Shown here in pieces: positions 1 through 10,568 of a stretch of 34,078 bases of DNA. The notes beneath the pieces are model-generated. The model saw only the letters and a list, made by a program, of their open reading frames with translations. It ran no database searches and was not told the origin of the DNA. The stretch is taken from NCBI GenBank assembly GCA_900128585.1, contig LT642205.1, forward strand, positions 1-34,078, read 5' to 3'. A program made the position numbers and the translations under genes. Origin of the DNA: Stramenopiles sp. TOSAG23-3 (lineage: Eukaryota). Position 1 is the first letter of the stretch. Each line of letters opens with the position of its first letter.

Positions 1-127
1 CGTACGGGAAGGGTGAGTTTCCTCCGTTCATCATGTCTTGAGCTGGTGCGCCGGGTTGTTGTCCCCACGGTTGTTGAGGAGCATCGGAATCGTACGGGAA
101 GGGTGAGTTTCCTCCGTTCATCATGTC
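1..127. repeat. 90-bp-period coding tandem repeat (30-aa unit DMMNGGNSPFPYDSDAPQQPWGQQPGAPAQ), truncated by window edge
   Basis: Bases 1-37 are identical to 91-127. Confidence 0.9.
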
Positions 128-790
128 ACGTGCTTTTTTTTTGACCTTTTTCATGAATTGTTTTTTGTTGGCACGTCGAGGGTACTTTTGAGGACCCTTG
201 TACTTTGAAGGTTCCTGCTTCCCATCGGACATCATGTCTCCAGTGAAAAATGGAGCTGGCCGCCACCCTTCGCTTTCGCCGTCAGTCGCGGAGTCCGCCG
301 ATCTTCCATTGGCCTCGCTCTCCCCGTTGGTGTAAACCACCGTAGATCCCCTCTGTACATGTCCTCCCACGCCTTGTACTCCTCGACGGATATCCTGAAT
401 ATACGTGTCGTACGTGTCAAGCTTATCTGCCTGGAACCTTTTAGGAACGGGTGAACGGGAGCGATTCCCCTTTCCCTTAACTCGACCTGCCTGAGACCTT
501 TTAGGAACGGGTGAACGGGAGCGATGGCGCGATGGCTTAACTCGGCTCTTGTGCGTCTTGCGCGATGCCTTAACTCGGCTCTTGCGCGATGCCTTGCGCG
601 TCGCTTTGACGACGGGTGAATGGGAGTGATAGTGCGTCGCTCTCTGTAGATTGTGGTGGGGGGTTTGGTGTGTTTTTACGGAATTTGAAGCACGCTGGAT
701 ATCACCAGTGTAAATCGCGCCTTCGGCCTGCAGTGCGTGCAGGGCGAGTAGTCCAGATGCGGTGAGAAGCTTTGAATTTGACGTACCCAT
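1..790 (-). CDS. Partial (runs off left edge) repetitive, Arg/Lys/Ser-rich protein with N-terminal hydrophobic segment; function unknown
   Basis: Manual translation from ATG at 790 stays open to base 1: MGTSNSKLLTASGLLALHALQAEGAIYTGDIQR...KATRKASRKSRVKASRKTHKSRVKPSRHRSRSPVPKRSQAGRVKGKGNRSRSPVPKRFQ...KKARDMMNGGNSPFPYDSDAPQQPWGQQPGAPAQDMMNGGNSPFPY. The GC-rich block starts at about the ATG, AT-rich spacer lies upstream, and the internal DNA repeats have periods of 60 and 90 bp (multiples of 3). Absent from the ORF track, presumably because there is no stop in the window. Confidence 0.85.
   Translation of the reverse strand, partial: MGTSNSKLLTASGLLALHALQAEGAIYTGDIQRASNSVKTHQTPHHNLQRATHYHSHSPVVKATRKASRKSRVKASRKTHKSRVKPSRHRSRSPVPKRSQAGRVKGKGNRSRSPVPKRFQADKLDTYDTYIQDIRRGVQGVGGHVQRGSTVVYTNGESEANGRSADSATDGESEGWRPAPFFTGDMMSDGKQEPSKYKGPQKYPRRANKKQFMKKVKKKARDMMNGGNSPFPYDSDAPQQPWGQQPGAPAQDMMNGGNSPFPY
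427..600. repeat. Coding repeats: 60-bp-period pair (RSRSPVPKR) plus short KASRK/KSRV repeats
   Basis: 427-465 vs 487-525 differ at 2 positions; CTTAACTCGGCTCTTG and TTGCGCGATGCCTT recur in 537-600. Confidence 0.85.
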
Positions 791-1275
791 GGTGAAGTAG
801 ATTGAAATACTTTTGTTTTTCTTTTGTTTTTATTATATTAAACTTGTTTTTGGTTTAATTTAAACCATTTCCTTCTATTTACGTTTGATTCTATTTTATT
901 TACACACTTATATGGGATTGATGTTGGTATGGGAAAGAGAAAGAGGCCGGGTAGGGGCGCTAGCTCGGTTGAAGATGTATTGGTTTTTACTATCGTATAG
1001 ACAAAGAAGAGAAATGGTAGATAGAAAGTAATAAAAAAAGTTGGGGAGACTTCAACATTTTTTTCTTGTTTCACATAGAAATAATGGGGAGAGTGAAAAA
1101 GAATATACTTAAATTGACTTTCCAAAAAAGATATACCTGTCGTCTATTTTTTATTAATGCTGTGATCCTCCTGTGAATAGTAAAAAATGTTGAAGGAACT
1201 CGTTTTTTATTTAATTTAATAAGTAGTGGGTATAATACATATATTCTATTATAGTAAAAACTTGGAAATTCGAGA

Positions 1276-1344
1276 AGTGACCCAAACCGTACTGAAAATA
1301 GTGACCTAAAAAACCTTCATTAGCAAAAAAGTGACCTAAACCGG
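1276..1344. repeat. Three direct copies of AGTGACCYAAA in the divergent intergenic region
   Basis: AAGTGACCCAAACCG (~1275), AGTGACCTAAAA (~1300), AAGTGACCTAAACCG (~1329). Confidence 0.6.
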
Positions 1345-1856
1345 AGTTTTCCCTTATACAATTATTTCCTCTTTTGTCAGTAAGAATACTAACTAAGTGT
1401 AGTATATTAAAAAATAGGTTCCTATGTGATTATTCAGTTGGTAGTTTTATTAGTTTGGTAAAGAAGATTTTAGATTAAATTATAATAGTGCGCGTCCAAA
1501 ATTTACTGTAATTGTATATTAATACCGTACGGTATAAATAAAAAAATAATAATAAATAATTGAAAAAAAAAAAAAAAAATAATAGCAATATTAATAATAT
1601 ATGCAGCACATATATGTGCATATAATATTTATTATATTCATCATGTTGCTATTATTTCATCAAATAATTATTATTAATATTATTTACTACTGCACTAGGC
1701 TTGATCAAAGCCACGAAGCCGCCGCCACGAAGCACATTGATCAACAGAGTTGTTCTCTGCTTGACCAGATCAGGAGTGTCGGCGCACTCTGGATTGATCG
1801 GCCCTAGAACCCTCAACAACAACAACTTATTGATTATTGATTGCTTTTGGTGCTGG

Positions 1857-2630
1857 ATGAAGCGCTCGCATTCAACAAAAGCGACGGCGGCACCCAAAAA
1901 GAGGCGTCGGCGAAAAAATTCAGAGCCTTGGCTGCCTTTTGTGGGGGAATCCCTCCGGCGCATCGATCTGGACGCTGCGTTTGCGCACCTTGCCTCGGAC
2001 GAGAGGCTGCGTCCCTCGTTGGCATCATTCGTTTCGAGTCCTGCGGCCCTCCTCGACGGCTTGCCCAAAAGCCTTTTCCGCGGGCTGTGCGAGAAGATCA
2101 TCGAGACTCGAGTCACGGTCAAGGCTGCGGCCGGGGCCAAGGCTCGTCTCTGGAAGCGTGCCGGTGCCGATGACGCGGCGGCCGCAGCGTGGCTGCGCGA
2201 CGAGGCGCTCGAGAGGCTCAACACGAAGAGCGCAGATGGCGGACTGGGCGTCGGCAACCAGAAAGCAACATTTCTGAAATCACTCGGCACCGCATTTGCC
2301 GACACCGGTCCTCCTGGTGGAGCTCTGGTCGCTGAATCGCTGCAGACCTTGAAGGATGCCGACCTCGTGCGCCACAGAGGACTCAACGCGCTCAAAGGCG
2401 TCGGGCCCGCGACTTTGCAGACCATGCTCATCCGCGTCTTTCGCCGGGCCGACGTGCTCGTGGCCGATGACAATCTCGTGCTCAAGTTCCTGGGACTCCT
2501 CGATGATTTCAAGTCGGATCCCGCGGCCGCGAGGGCAAAGGTCGCGGCTGAGACCAAAGCTTGGAGCCCGCACCGCAGCGTCGCCAACCTGCTGATATGG
2601 CATTCATATAATAATTTTAATAAAAATTAG
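1857..2630 (+). CDS. HhH-GPD superfamily DNA glycosylase, AlkA/MAG1 (3-methyladenine glycosylase)-like
   Basis: HhH motif LNALKGVGPAT, then RADVLVADDNLV (GPD/Asp loop) and C-terminal WSPHRSVANLLIW (family W.P.RS.A...W). First in-frame ATG is at 1857, followed by an NLS-like PKKRRRRK. Confidence 0.85.
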   Translation: MKRSHSTKATAAPKKRRRRKNSEPWLPFVGESLRRIDLDAAFAHLASDERLRPSLASFVSSPAALLDGLPKSLFRGLCEKIIETRVTVKAAAGAKARLWKRAGADDAAAAAWLRDEALERLNTKSADGGLGVGNQKATFLKSLGTAFADTGPPGGALVAESLQTLKDADLVRHRGLNALKGVGPATLQTMLIRVFRRADVLVADDNLVLKFLGLLDDFKSDPAAARAKVAAETKAWSPHRSVANLLIWHSYNNFNKN

Positions 2631-3859
2631 TTAGGTATTCCTACTAAGTACAGCAGCCAGCAGCATATTTTTTTTGGTTGTCCTTTTTTTTTTTGGTGGG
2701 TTCATAGTGTCGCTGCCCAGAATAATTAGCTGAGAGACGACTCGAAAATAACCTAATCGTAACCAACATTCATCACGAAATCCAATGTTTTTTGTACTTG
2801 TCATAATAATTTCCTATATAACTGCGTAGAGTGAAAATAAAATAGAACTTTTTTTGGTTAAAAAAATAATTAGTTTTTTCTTCATTTTATTATATGTTAT
2901 TCAATGTTATTTTCGTAACACTAACTCGCTGCTAGTTTTTTAGTTCACTCACATAGTATCCTCCCTCGTTCCCTCGTTCACCTCACCCCTCCCCTCCTCT
3001 GGTCCTCTGGCCTCTGGACACAAAATCGGATAATAAGTTGAAAACTATACAAATTATATATAATAAATAAATAAATAAATAGGGATGATATTATTATATA
3101 CAGTAATAAATTAAAATAAAATCCAACGAATTGAAAAGGCTGTCTGTTTGGACTGTTGTCAATCCAACTACTCGTACGTACGGTATTAATACTATACCGT
3201 GTACCGTGCCAAGTAGAACACAATTTTTAAGTATTACGGTAAGTACACTATGAAGATTAAATATCTATTTTTTTAGTAAAAATAAGAGAAGAGTACATCC
3301 ACCCAAAATCACTTTCTTTCGGTCTGACAAAGGAGAGCTTATAATGTACAATAATATTTAACCGGTAAATGAAATACTGTAAGAGGATTGAACAAAATAA
3401 ATTGATCATATGATATAGATATCATATGAAGATAACGTTAGGAAGGTATTTTTAATAAAAAAATAAGGGATTAATTATATAGAAGGAAGGAATTGTATTA
3501 AATAATAGCAAAATAAGGAGACAACGGGGTTGATTCGTAGAAGGCTATTATACTGTTGGTACTGAGTGCTGAGGATGTTCTGTTATTTTATTATAATAAT
3601 TTTGTTGACAAGTGTACGTTGTTGTATTTTTAAAAAAAAGAATATTATTACTTTTAAGAGATATGATATTTTTTATTATTGTTTTAGAATAGATGAATGA
3701 AGGAATAAAGGACGAGGGGAGGGGAGGGGGGGGGTGTTAGGGGGAATGTGGCGTTTTGGAAGGCAAGAGAAAATTCTGATCAACCAATCACCGATATCTG
3801 AACGGAATTTTCTCTTTCAAACAGGATATATATATCTTTTAAAAAGAGAGAGAGACGCG

Positions 3860-4921
3860 ATGGGCGCGTGTGGCTCCAGTATGACTCCCGAAGAGCGAGA
3901 GGCGAAGAGAAGGTCGCGGGCCTTGGAACGGAGAATGAGCTTAGACAACAATGTTGAGGAAGAAAAGATAAAGCTGCTCCTTCTTGGGGCTGGCGAGTCT
4001 GGGAAAAGCACGATTTTCAAGCAAATGCGAATCATGTATGGTGACAAAATGGGAGAGAAGGAGCTGAAGACCTTCGTATCGATTGTCCGCTCCAATTGCC
4101 TTAGCTCCATGGTGCTTGCCGTCAACTCTGCCCCCGATATCGCGGCCGTCGTGGAGGATGATGTATCCGCAGACAAGATAAAGGGGTTGGATTACACTTC
4201 GGAGTACACGCCAGAGATCGCGTCCGCAATTAAAAATTTATGGGCTGACCCGGGGATTAAGAAAGTGTTTGAGAACAAGGCAAAGTTCCAGCTGAACGAT
4301 TCGGCAGAGTATTGGTTTGAGAACCTCGATAGAATCAGTGCACCGGATTATGTGCCGAGTCAGCAGGACGTCCTCCGAACCCGAGTCCGCACGAGCGGGA
4401 TTGTCGAAAATTCGTACACCATCGATGGAGTCCCCTTCGTTATGTACGATGTTGGCGGCCAGCGCAACGAGCGTAAAAAGTGGATCCATTGCTTCGACGC
4501 GGTAACGGCGATTATATTTGTCGCCTCGATAAGCGAGTACAACCAGGTACTGTTCGAAGACCACAATACGAATCGGTTCGTAGAGGCGCTGGATTTGTTC
4601 GAAGAAATAGTCAATTCTAAATATTTTGTGGAAACTTCCATGATTTTGTTTTTGAACAAGAGAGATTTGTTTGCGAAGAAAATTGCAAAGACCCCTATTG
4701 AGTCTTGCGGAGGGTTTTTTAGTGACTGTACTGCAGGCAACAACTACGACAACGGCGTAGAGTATTTGAAAAATAAATTCCTAGACCGGAACCGAAATCC
4801 TCTGAAGGAAATATATCCCCATGTCACCTGCGCTACGGATACAAACAATGTCGCGGCGGTGTTCAATGCCTGCAAAGACATCATCCTGAAGCAAAACCTA
4901 AAAGATAGCGGCCTGTTATAA
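3860..4921 (+). CDS. Heterotrimeric G protein alpha subunit
   Basis: MGACGS N-terminus (myristoylation Gly2, nearby Cys). G1 GAGESGKS, G2 RVRTSG, G3 DVGGQ, G4 NKRD, G5 TCATD. Start set at ATG 3860 rather than the track's non-ATG start at 3734. Confidence 0.97.
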   Translation: MGACGSSMTPEEREAKRRSRALERRMSLDNNVEEEKIKLLLLGAGESGKSTIFKQMRIMYGDKMGEKELKTFVSIVRSNCLSSMVLAVNSAPDIAAVVEDDVSADKIKGLDYTSEYTPEIASAIKNLWADPGIKKVFENKAKFQLNDSAEYWFENLDRISAPDYVPSQQDVLRTRVRTSGIVENSYTIDGVPFVMYDVGGQRNERKKWIHCFDAVTAIIFVASISEYNQVLFEDHNTNRFVEALDLFEEIVNSKYFVETSMILFLNKRDLFAKKIAKTPIESCGGFFSDCTAGNNYDNGVEYLKNKFLDRNRNPLKEIYPHVTCATDTNNVAAVFNACKDIILKQNLKDSGLL

Positions 4922-5249
4922 AGAAACGAGCTGCGGATCCACGCGGGGGGGAGGCGTACCTGTGTAGTTACTACCACTGGATGGTCGCTCGCTTGAAAAA
5001 TACCACGCGATTTGGGAGGGAAGACTTTCCACCTGAAAGGTTTGGTAAACTAACGAAAATTGGTCGCCTCTGTTTTCAATTTAAAACACGCGCACAAAGG
5101 AAAATATAATATGATATCGGTAAATTAAAAAAAGATTAATTTTATATAAAAAATTACGAAGTATATCATTAGTTTTTTTTTTTATATTACGAAGTAGTTT
5201 ACGAATAGCATATAAAAAATTTTGTTTCTTGAAAAAGAACTTTTTTTTT

Positions 5250-5305
5250 AAAACAAGAAAATTGGCTGTTATTTAAGTATGATAATTATATTTAGCTTCC
5301 TCATA
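5250..5305 (+). repeat. Dispersed 3'-spacer element, full-length copy
   Basis: AAAACAAGAAAATTGGCTGTTATTTAAGTA...TTTAGCTTCCTCATA; first 30 bp match 25697-25726. Confidence 0.9.
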
Positions 5306-5486
5306 ATATTTTTAAAACTTTAAAATTCCAGAAAAAAATAACTCTCATTAACCCTTACGATTCAACTTGGCTTGATAAAATCCCTTCGGAGGATCCCCCC
5401 CTCCCCACCAAATTCAGGTCCCGTTTTCAAAACTTTACATGGTCCACCGACGAACGGCTTCAGAAAAATAGCGCCGTCCCAGGGGA

Positions 5487-6776
5487 TTAATTGTACACCA
5501 TGTACTTTGGTGTTGCACTGAACTTTTTGTAACCTTTGATAACCTTGTTCACGGAGTCTAGAAAATCTTTCTCACTCACGGACTTTCGTCTACCACGGAT
5601 GGCATACATTCCCGCTTCGGTGCAAACGGAGCGCAGCTCGGCCCCCGTCGTGTTCGGGCACAGCCGTGCGATCAATTCATACCGAATGTCACGGTCGCAG
5701 CTCATGCTTTTCGCATGGATCCTCAAAATTTGCGCGCGGCCTTCCAGGTCGGGCAGACCGAATTCTACTTTACGATCGATACGCCCCGGACGAACTAACG
5801 CAGGGTCCAGGGTGTCCGGTCGGTTGGTGGCCATCAAAACTTTAACATTTCCACGCGCGTCGAAACCGTCCAACTCGGTCACGATTTGAAGCATGGTGCG
5901 CTGCACTTCCCCGTCGCCTTCTCCGCCACGTGAGCCGCCGATGGCGTCGACCTCGTCGAAGAAGATGATGCAGGCCTTCTTTTGGCGGGCCATCTGGAAC
6001 AGCTCTCGGACCATTCGCGCCCCCTCACCGACGTACTTCTGTACCAATTCACTACCAATGACACGAATAAAGCAGGCGTCCGTCCTGTTGGCCACCGCCC
6101 GCGCAGACAACGTTTTCCCAGTCCCCGGGGGGCCGTACAACATCACGCCTTTCGGCGGGTCAATACCGAGGGCAACGAAGCGCTCTGGGTGAAGCAATGG
6201 GATTTCCACAACTTCCCGGAGCTGCTGGATCCCTTCCTTGGCCCCGCCGACGTCGTCGTACGTGACATCCGGTTTCTCCTCCACCGTCATCATGGTAACG
6301 GAGGGGTCAATCTTGGGTGGCAAGGGGATCTGGATAGCGTACTTCGTGCGGTCGACGCCGACGCGCATACCCTCCTCTACGTCCGTGGGTGCAACCTTTT
6401 CGCCCAGTCCGACGACAAACTTTGCAATCTGCTTCACGTTAATCATGTACTTTGCATCCTCCGTCTCGGCATCAATGATCTTCGTGCACCGCGCCACCTG
6501 GAGCGGCTGCTCCTCTTGCATCATTTGCTTGTCCGAAACAAGGTCCCAGGTCGACGGGAGGGACAGTCCCGTGTCGCTTTCCTTGACACCGCAGAGCTCC
6601 TTGATGCTTTTGTGGATCTTTTCGGTGGAGTCTTTCAGCTCTTTAAGGCGGCGACTGTACGGCCCTTGCCCATACGTCTGCAGGAGGGCGATATCCCCCG
6701 CGTCCAAGACCGTGACGTCCTCGTCGTCGTCCTCCTGCTTGGACGCCTTCGCTTTCGCTTCCCAATCCTCGGCCAT
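5487..6776 (-). CDS. RPT1: 26S proteasome AAA-ATPase regulatory subunit 7 (Rpt1/PSMC2)
   Basis: [23 protein letters not shown], Walker A GPPGTGKT, pore loop [10 protein letters not shown], Walker [32 protein letters not shown], and the Rpt1-type C-terminus [11 protein letters not shown]. Confidence 0.97.
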   Translation of the reverse strand: MAEDWEAKAKASKQEDDDEDVTVLDAGDIALLQTYGQGPYSRRLKELKDSTEKIHKSIKELCGVKESDTGLSLPSTWDLVSDKQMMQEEQPLQVARCTKIIDAETEDAKYMINVKQIAKFVVGLGEKVAPTDVEEGMRVGVDRTKYAIQIPLPPKIDPSVTMMTVEEKPDVTYDDVGGAKEGIQQLREVVEIPLLHPERFVALGIDPPKGVMLYGPPGTGKTLSARAVANRTDACFIRVIGSELVQKYVGEGARMVRELFQMARQKKACIIFFDEVDAIGGSRGGEGDGEVQRTMLQIVTELDGFDARGNVKVLMATNRPDTLDPALVRPGRIDRKVEFGLPDLEGRAQILRIHAKSMSCDRDIRYELIARLCPNTTGAELRSVCTEAGMYAIRGRRKSVSEKDFLDSVNKVIKGYKKFSATPKYMVYN

Positions 6777-7147
6777 ATTCCTTTACGATTTGTTCTCACT
6801 TTCTTCTTTTAAAATACCAGGAAATATGAAAATCTCCTATGCCTTTTTTCTCTCTCTTCCAAACTGTGCTTTTGATTGAAGGTAGAAAAATTATCTATGT
6901 TCATACGCTGCACACCTTTCCCTTCGATTATTTTTGTTCTTCCGGTGACTCTGTTCGTCTTTTTTGAATTAGCTTCTCTCCCAAGTTTGATAGTAGTACC
7001 CTTATCCCTTGTATTATTATCGTGTAGTATCCTACGACTATTTTTTATTTATTAATAAAAAATATTACACAACGCACAGGACACAGGACACAGGTCGGTG
7101 GTACATTATTCTTCTATCGATCAATCATCAATCAATCAAATAATCAA

Positions 7148-7232
7148 AAAGGAAGGAAGGAAGAAAAGGAAGGAAGGAAGGAAGGAAGAAAAGGAAGGAA
7201 GGAAGAAAAGGAGGAAGGAAGAAAAGGAAAAG
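7148..7232. repeat. Purine-only (GAAG/GAAA) low-complexity tract
   Basis: About 85 bp of only A and G, largely (GGAA)n. Confidence 0.9.
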
Positions 7233-7614
7233 AGGATACAATGAAACAGTACAGCAGTAGTATCAATTTTAATATTATTTTTAAAATTCAATATAATAAA
7301 GAAGAAGAAGGAATTTAAAACTAAAACTGATACAGTATTAATAATCATCTACAGTGTACGAACTACAGTATAAAAAGTCGTCTAGATAAAATAGAACAGA
7401 ACGACTCTAGCATGGAATCCATATTTAGTCTAAGAAGGAATTTAAGAAGGAATTTATGAAGAAAGAAGAAGGAATTTCATTCTTTTTAATGTACTTGTAA
7501 TTGATATAGTTTAATATATATTTCCTATTTATTATATTTCTTCCAAAATTAAAATTAAAAACAAAACCTGGGTATTTATTTATTACTAACTACCGGTTCC
7601 GTACTTTAGCACCA

Positions 7615-7631
7615 GTAGTGTCCGGCCTATC
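7615..7631 (+). repeat. 17-bp motif GTAGTGTCCGGCCTATC, copy 1
   Basis: Identical to 10282-10298. Confidence 0.8.
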
Positions 7632-8630
7632 AAGAAGCAATCGACCGAGGAGAAAATCATCATTTTTTTTTCAAATTTTTTTTCTTCATTTTTTGGTCGT
7701 TATAAATTGTGTCATCAATTAAGTATATTTAATTCGTATACATTTTTATTATTCCTATCAATAAATTCACTATGTAATGTATTTAATCCATCCCTTTCTG
7801 TGTCCAGTACGTATTTGTTCTATTTTTTTCTTCTTCTTGCAGTGGCTTAGCTATAGTATGAATACATAGGAAACGGTCATAGTCTAGTATATATTAAGTA
7901 TAGTCCTATTAAAATATCAAAGTCACGCACAGAGAGCTCTCTGTCATCAATAGCAACACACACACACACAGTATGTAAATAAAAAGTATTGTAAAAAGGG
8001 ATTTTAATAGGTTGTCTTTGTACTTGTTTTTTATACGATAATATTCCATATTATTAGATCCAGTTTATTGATTGAGATACATTATTATATAGGTATTTTC
8101 TTCCTAGACTATTAGAATCAAATTTGTTTTTCATCGCATTTTCAAAATAAATATTGAATTACATTACACAGCATTCTGCCGTTGTGGTTTTTGCTCTTTT
8201 TGTTTTGCACTACTCGCAGCTCAAAAGAATCAATCATGCTGTGAACCTGTTTATCTTACCTTTTTAAAAGAAATTTTGTTACTACGAAAAAACAAAAAGA
8301 AGAAGTGTCGTCGGTCTATACCCATCATCATTTTTTAATGTTATTTCTATGTATTATTATCATCATCGCCTTATTAATAATAATTAATAAAAAATAATAA
8401 TAATAGAAAGTGCGAGAAAGAAAAAGAAGACGAAGAAAAAAGGAAGAAGTGCTTCATACCGGTAGTATTTTCAAAATAATACATATAGAGAACCAAAAAG
8501 AGATTTGTACTAACAGATTTTAAAGTGTGAAAAGAAACACTACGGTTATTCGCGCACCATATCGTAGTGATTCTTTACTGTTTCGGACAACGTTATTTTA
8601 AAACACACAACACACACAAAAAAGTCTGAA

Positions 8631-10109
8631 ATGAGCGCTTCACCGTTCGAAGCAAAGCTTGAAGCCAAGTACCGCAAGTTAAAGCAGCGCGCGGTCCAAT
8701 TGGAGGAAGAGCGGGACGCCGCAGAGGAGAGGGAGCAGCGCTTGCGCGACACACTGGAGGAGGAAATATCTCGAGCGCTTGTGCGGCGGAGTAAAAGCTT
8801 GACGGAAAAGGTAAAGGCCGCTGAGGCGTCCACCAGCAGGGCGAGAAAGGAGTCCTCCATGCTGAAGAAAGAGCTACGCGACACGCACGAAATGTTCAAG
8901 ATCAAGCTCAACAAAGAGCGAAACGTAAAGATGACGGAAGTCTCCCGCAACGAAAAGGTACACTCTCAGCTGGAAACGGCCAAAAAGGCCATTTCTCGAC
9001 TAAAGTCCACGCTCGCGATCCAGGAGCAAGAGTATGCCGAGCACAAGGAGACGACAGACTCCCTGCTGTCCCAGGCCCAGGCTGAGCTGCGGTTGCAAGC
9101 TGCGAAAATCGAAGAAATGGTAGTGAGCCATAAGGAAGAGTTGACCAAGGAAAAGGAGGCCCGGTTCGCCGCGGAGGCGAAGAAACGGACGGCGCTTCAC
9201 AAGCTGAGAGACCTGAAGGAAAAGCTGGCCCACTCCATAGAAGATCGGTCAAAGAACGATTTGAGGTTTTCTCAGCTGCACGAGCGCCTGAGCAAGGCCA
9301 CGGCGCAGGGAAAGCAGCGCCTGGCCATGGTCAAAACTGCACAGAGCACGGTGAAAAAGATGCAGGAACAATGCGACAAGACTGTTGCCGCGAAAGAGAA
9401 AGAGTTCAAAACGGAGATGCGGGGGCAAAAACAGAAAATATCGAGCCTGGAGGCAGAGAAAAGGGCCATCGCCACAAAGTTCGCCGCGATGAAGGAGACG
9501 ATAGAAGCAGAGAAATCGAAGGACGAAGAGTTTAGGCGGGAGCGCATAAAGATCGAGGAGGAGCGCGACGAGGCAAAATCGTCGATAGAGAAGTACGTTG
9601 ATCTGGCGGAACGCTGTCAGCATGAGGTGGCCATTGCTGAAGACAAAATCATTGTTATGAACGGCAAGCTGGAGGACTCGAGGAAATGGAGGCATGAGTT
9701 GGACCTCAAGATCGATGACCTGGAGGGGAAATTGACACTACAAGAAATTAGATACGCAAGTTTGGCAGAACAGCTGGACGAAAAGCAAAGCGACTACAAC
9801 GAGCTGAAAGAGGCCCTTGCAAAAAGGGGAATATCTCTCGATTTCGTTTTGCAAACTGCGAAAACCCACGATGCAGCAAAAGAGAACGCGGGACCTGGCA
9901 CAGACATTTCAAGGTCCCCCGCACGAGGCCCAAAACTGCCGAACAAGAGCAAGAGTGTCACGTCGACAAGAAGAAACACTCGGTACAGCGAAAGTCCAAA
10001 CACCCAGAACAAGAACATTACCCGTTTGAGCTTAGAAGAGCTGCAAAGAAGTCGTGATGGACCGACTCCCGAGGACCTAAGCACCGGTGTTTTATGGAAG
10101 CACCGGTAA
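8631..10109 (+). CDS. Long coiled-coil protein of unknown function
   Basis: 492-aa ORF with about 400 aa of E/K/R/L/A-rich heptad-like sequence and a Ser/Thr/Pro-rich tail; GC-rich block bounded by AT-rich DNA. Confidence 0.88.
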   Translation: MSASPFEAKLEAKYRKLKQRAVQLEEERDAAEEREQRLRDTLEEEISRALVRRSKSLTEKVKAAEASTSRARKESSMLKKELRDTHEMFKIKLNKERNVKMTEVSRNEKVHSQLETAKKAISRLKSTLAIQEQEYAEHKETTDSLLSQAQAELRLQAAKIEEMVVSHKEELTKEKEARFAAEAKKRTALHKLRDLKEKLAHSIEDRSKNDLRFSQLHERLSKATAQGKQRLAMVKTAQSTVKKMQEQCDKTVAAKEKEFKTEMRGQKQKISSLEAEKRAIATKFAAMKETIEAEKSKDEEFRRERIKIEEERDEAKSSIEKYVDLAERCQHEVAIAEDKIIVMNGKLEDSRKWRHELDLKIDDLEGKLTLQEIRYASLAEQLDEKQSDYNELKEALAKRGISLDFVLQTAKTHDAAKENAGPGTDISRSPARGPKLPNKSKSVTSTRRNTRYSESPNTQNKNITRLSLEELQRSRDGPTPEDLSTGVLWKHR

Positions 10110-10281
10110 TCGCATGAATTCAATACTCGCATCTTTCACTCAGAAGAAGGTAGAGAAGAGGTGACGGCGCGGAGCCCCACCATGGATGAATGGAATGAAT
10201 ATAAGTTAATAATCCCACTTTTCACGATTAATTCTTTTGTACAGTACCGTACCTGGTACGCACCACCAGGGAAAAAAACTG

Positions 10282-10298
10282 GTAGTGTCCGGCCTATC
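10282..10298 (+). repeat. 17-bp motif GTAGTGTCCGGCCTATC, copy 2
   Basis: Identical to 7615-7631. Confidence 0.8.
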
Positions 10299-10568
10299 TA
10301 TCTATCTCCCCGTACCTGTACCTATTCCCACTCCCACACAGCCACCAGCTCAACAAAAAAAAAATATTTATATTATAATATCGATCTGTGATTTTGTTTA
10401 CGTAGAATCCCCGTAAATATTGTTGTGGGGCAAAATATTAATTTGTCCTTTTTGACCAATCGGAAGTCACTCCCAGAAGTAAAAGCGAAGACCAGGACAA
10501 GTTAGTTAAATAGGAAATTGCGGACAGTGCCCGCAAAGTAAACACGCCTTGAACGGTCGTAGAATCTG

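Noticed and set aside
1-127. 37-bp direct repeats with a 53-bp spacer resembling a CRISPR array
   Set aside because: Eukaryotic context, no cas genes, and the 90-bp period is explained by a 30-aa protein repeat on the minus strand.
232-420. 62-aa minus-strand ORF in the track
   Set aside because: Wrong frame; it lies inside the longer open frame starting at ATG 790.
838-1125. Short hydrophobic ORFs in AT-rich spacers (also 1601-1807, 2978-3223, 7136-7348, 16974-17219, 23740-23985)
   Set aside because: F/I/L/Y-rich translations of low-complexity intergenic DNA, often with non-ATG starts.
1652-2587. 311-aa antisense ORF over the glycosylase gene
   Set aside because: Shadow ORF expected from high GC; no motifs, whereas the plus strand has clear HhH-GPD motifs.
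3716-3745. G-rich tract with G-quadruplex potential upstream of G-alpha
   Set aside because: Single low-complexity tract; function cannot be supported from sequence alone.
3734-3859. N-terminal extension of the G-alpha ORF (likewise 1701-1856 and 30892-30978)
   Set aside because: These rely on non-ATG starts; the G-alpha lipidation motif requires initiation at MGACGS (3860).
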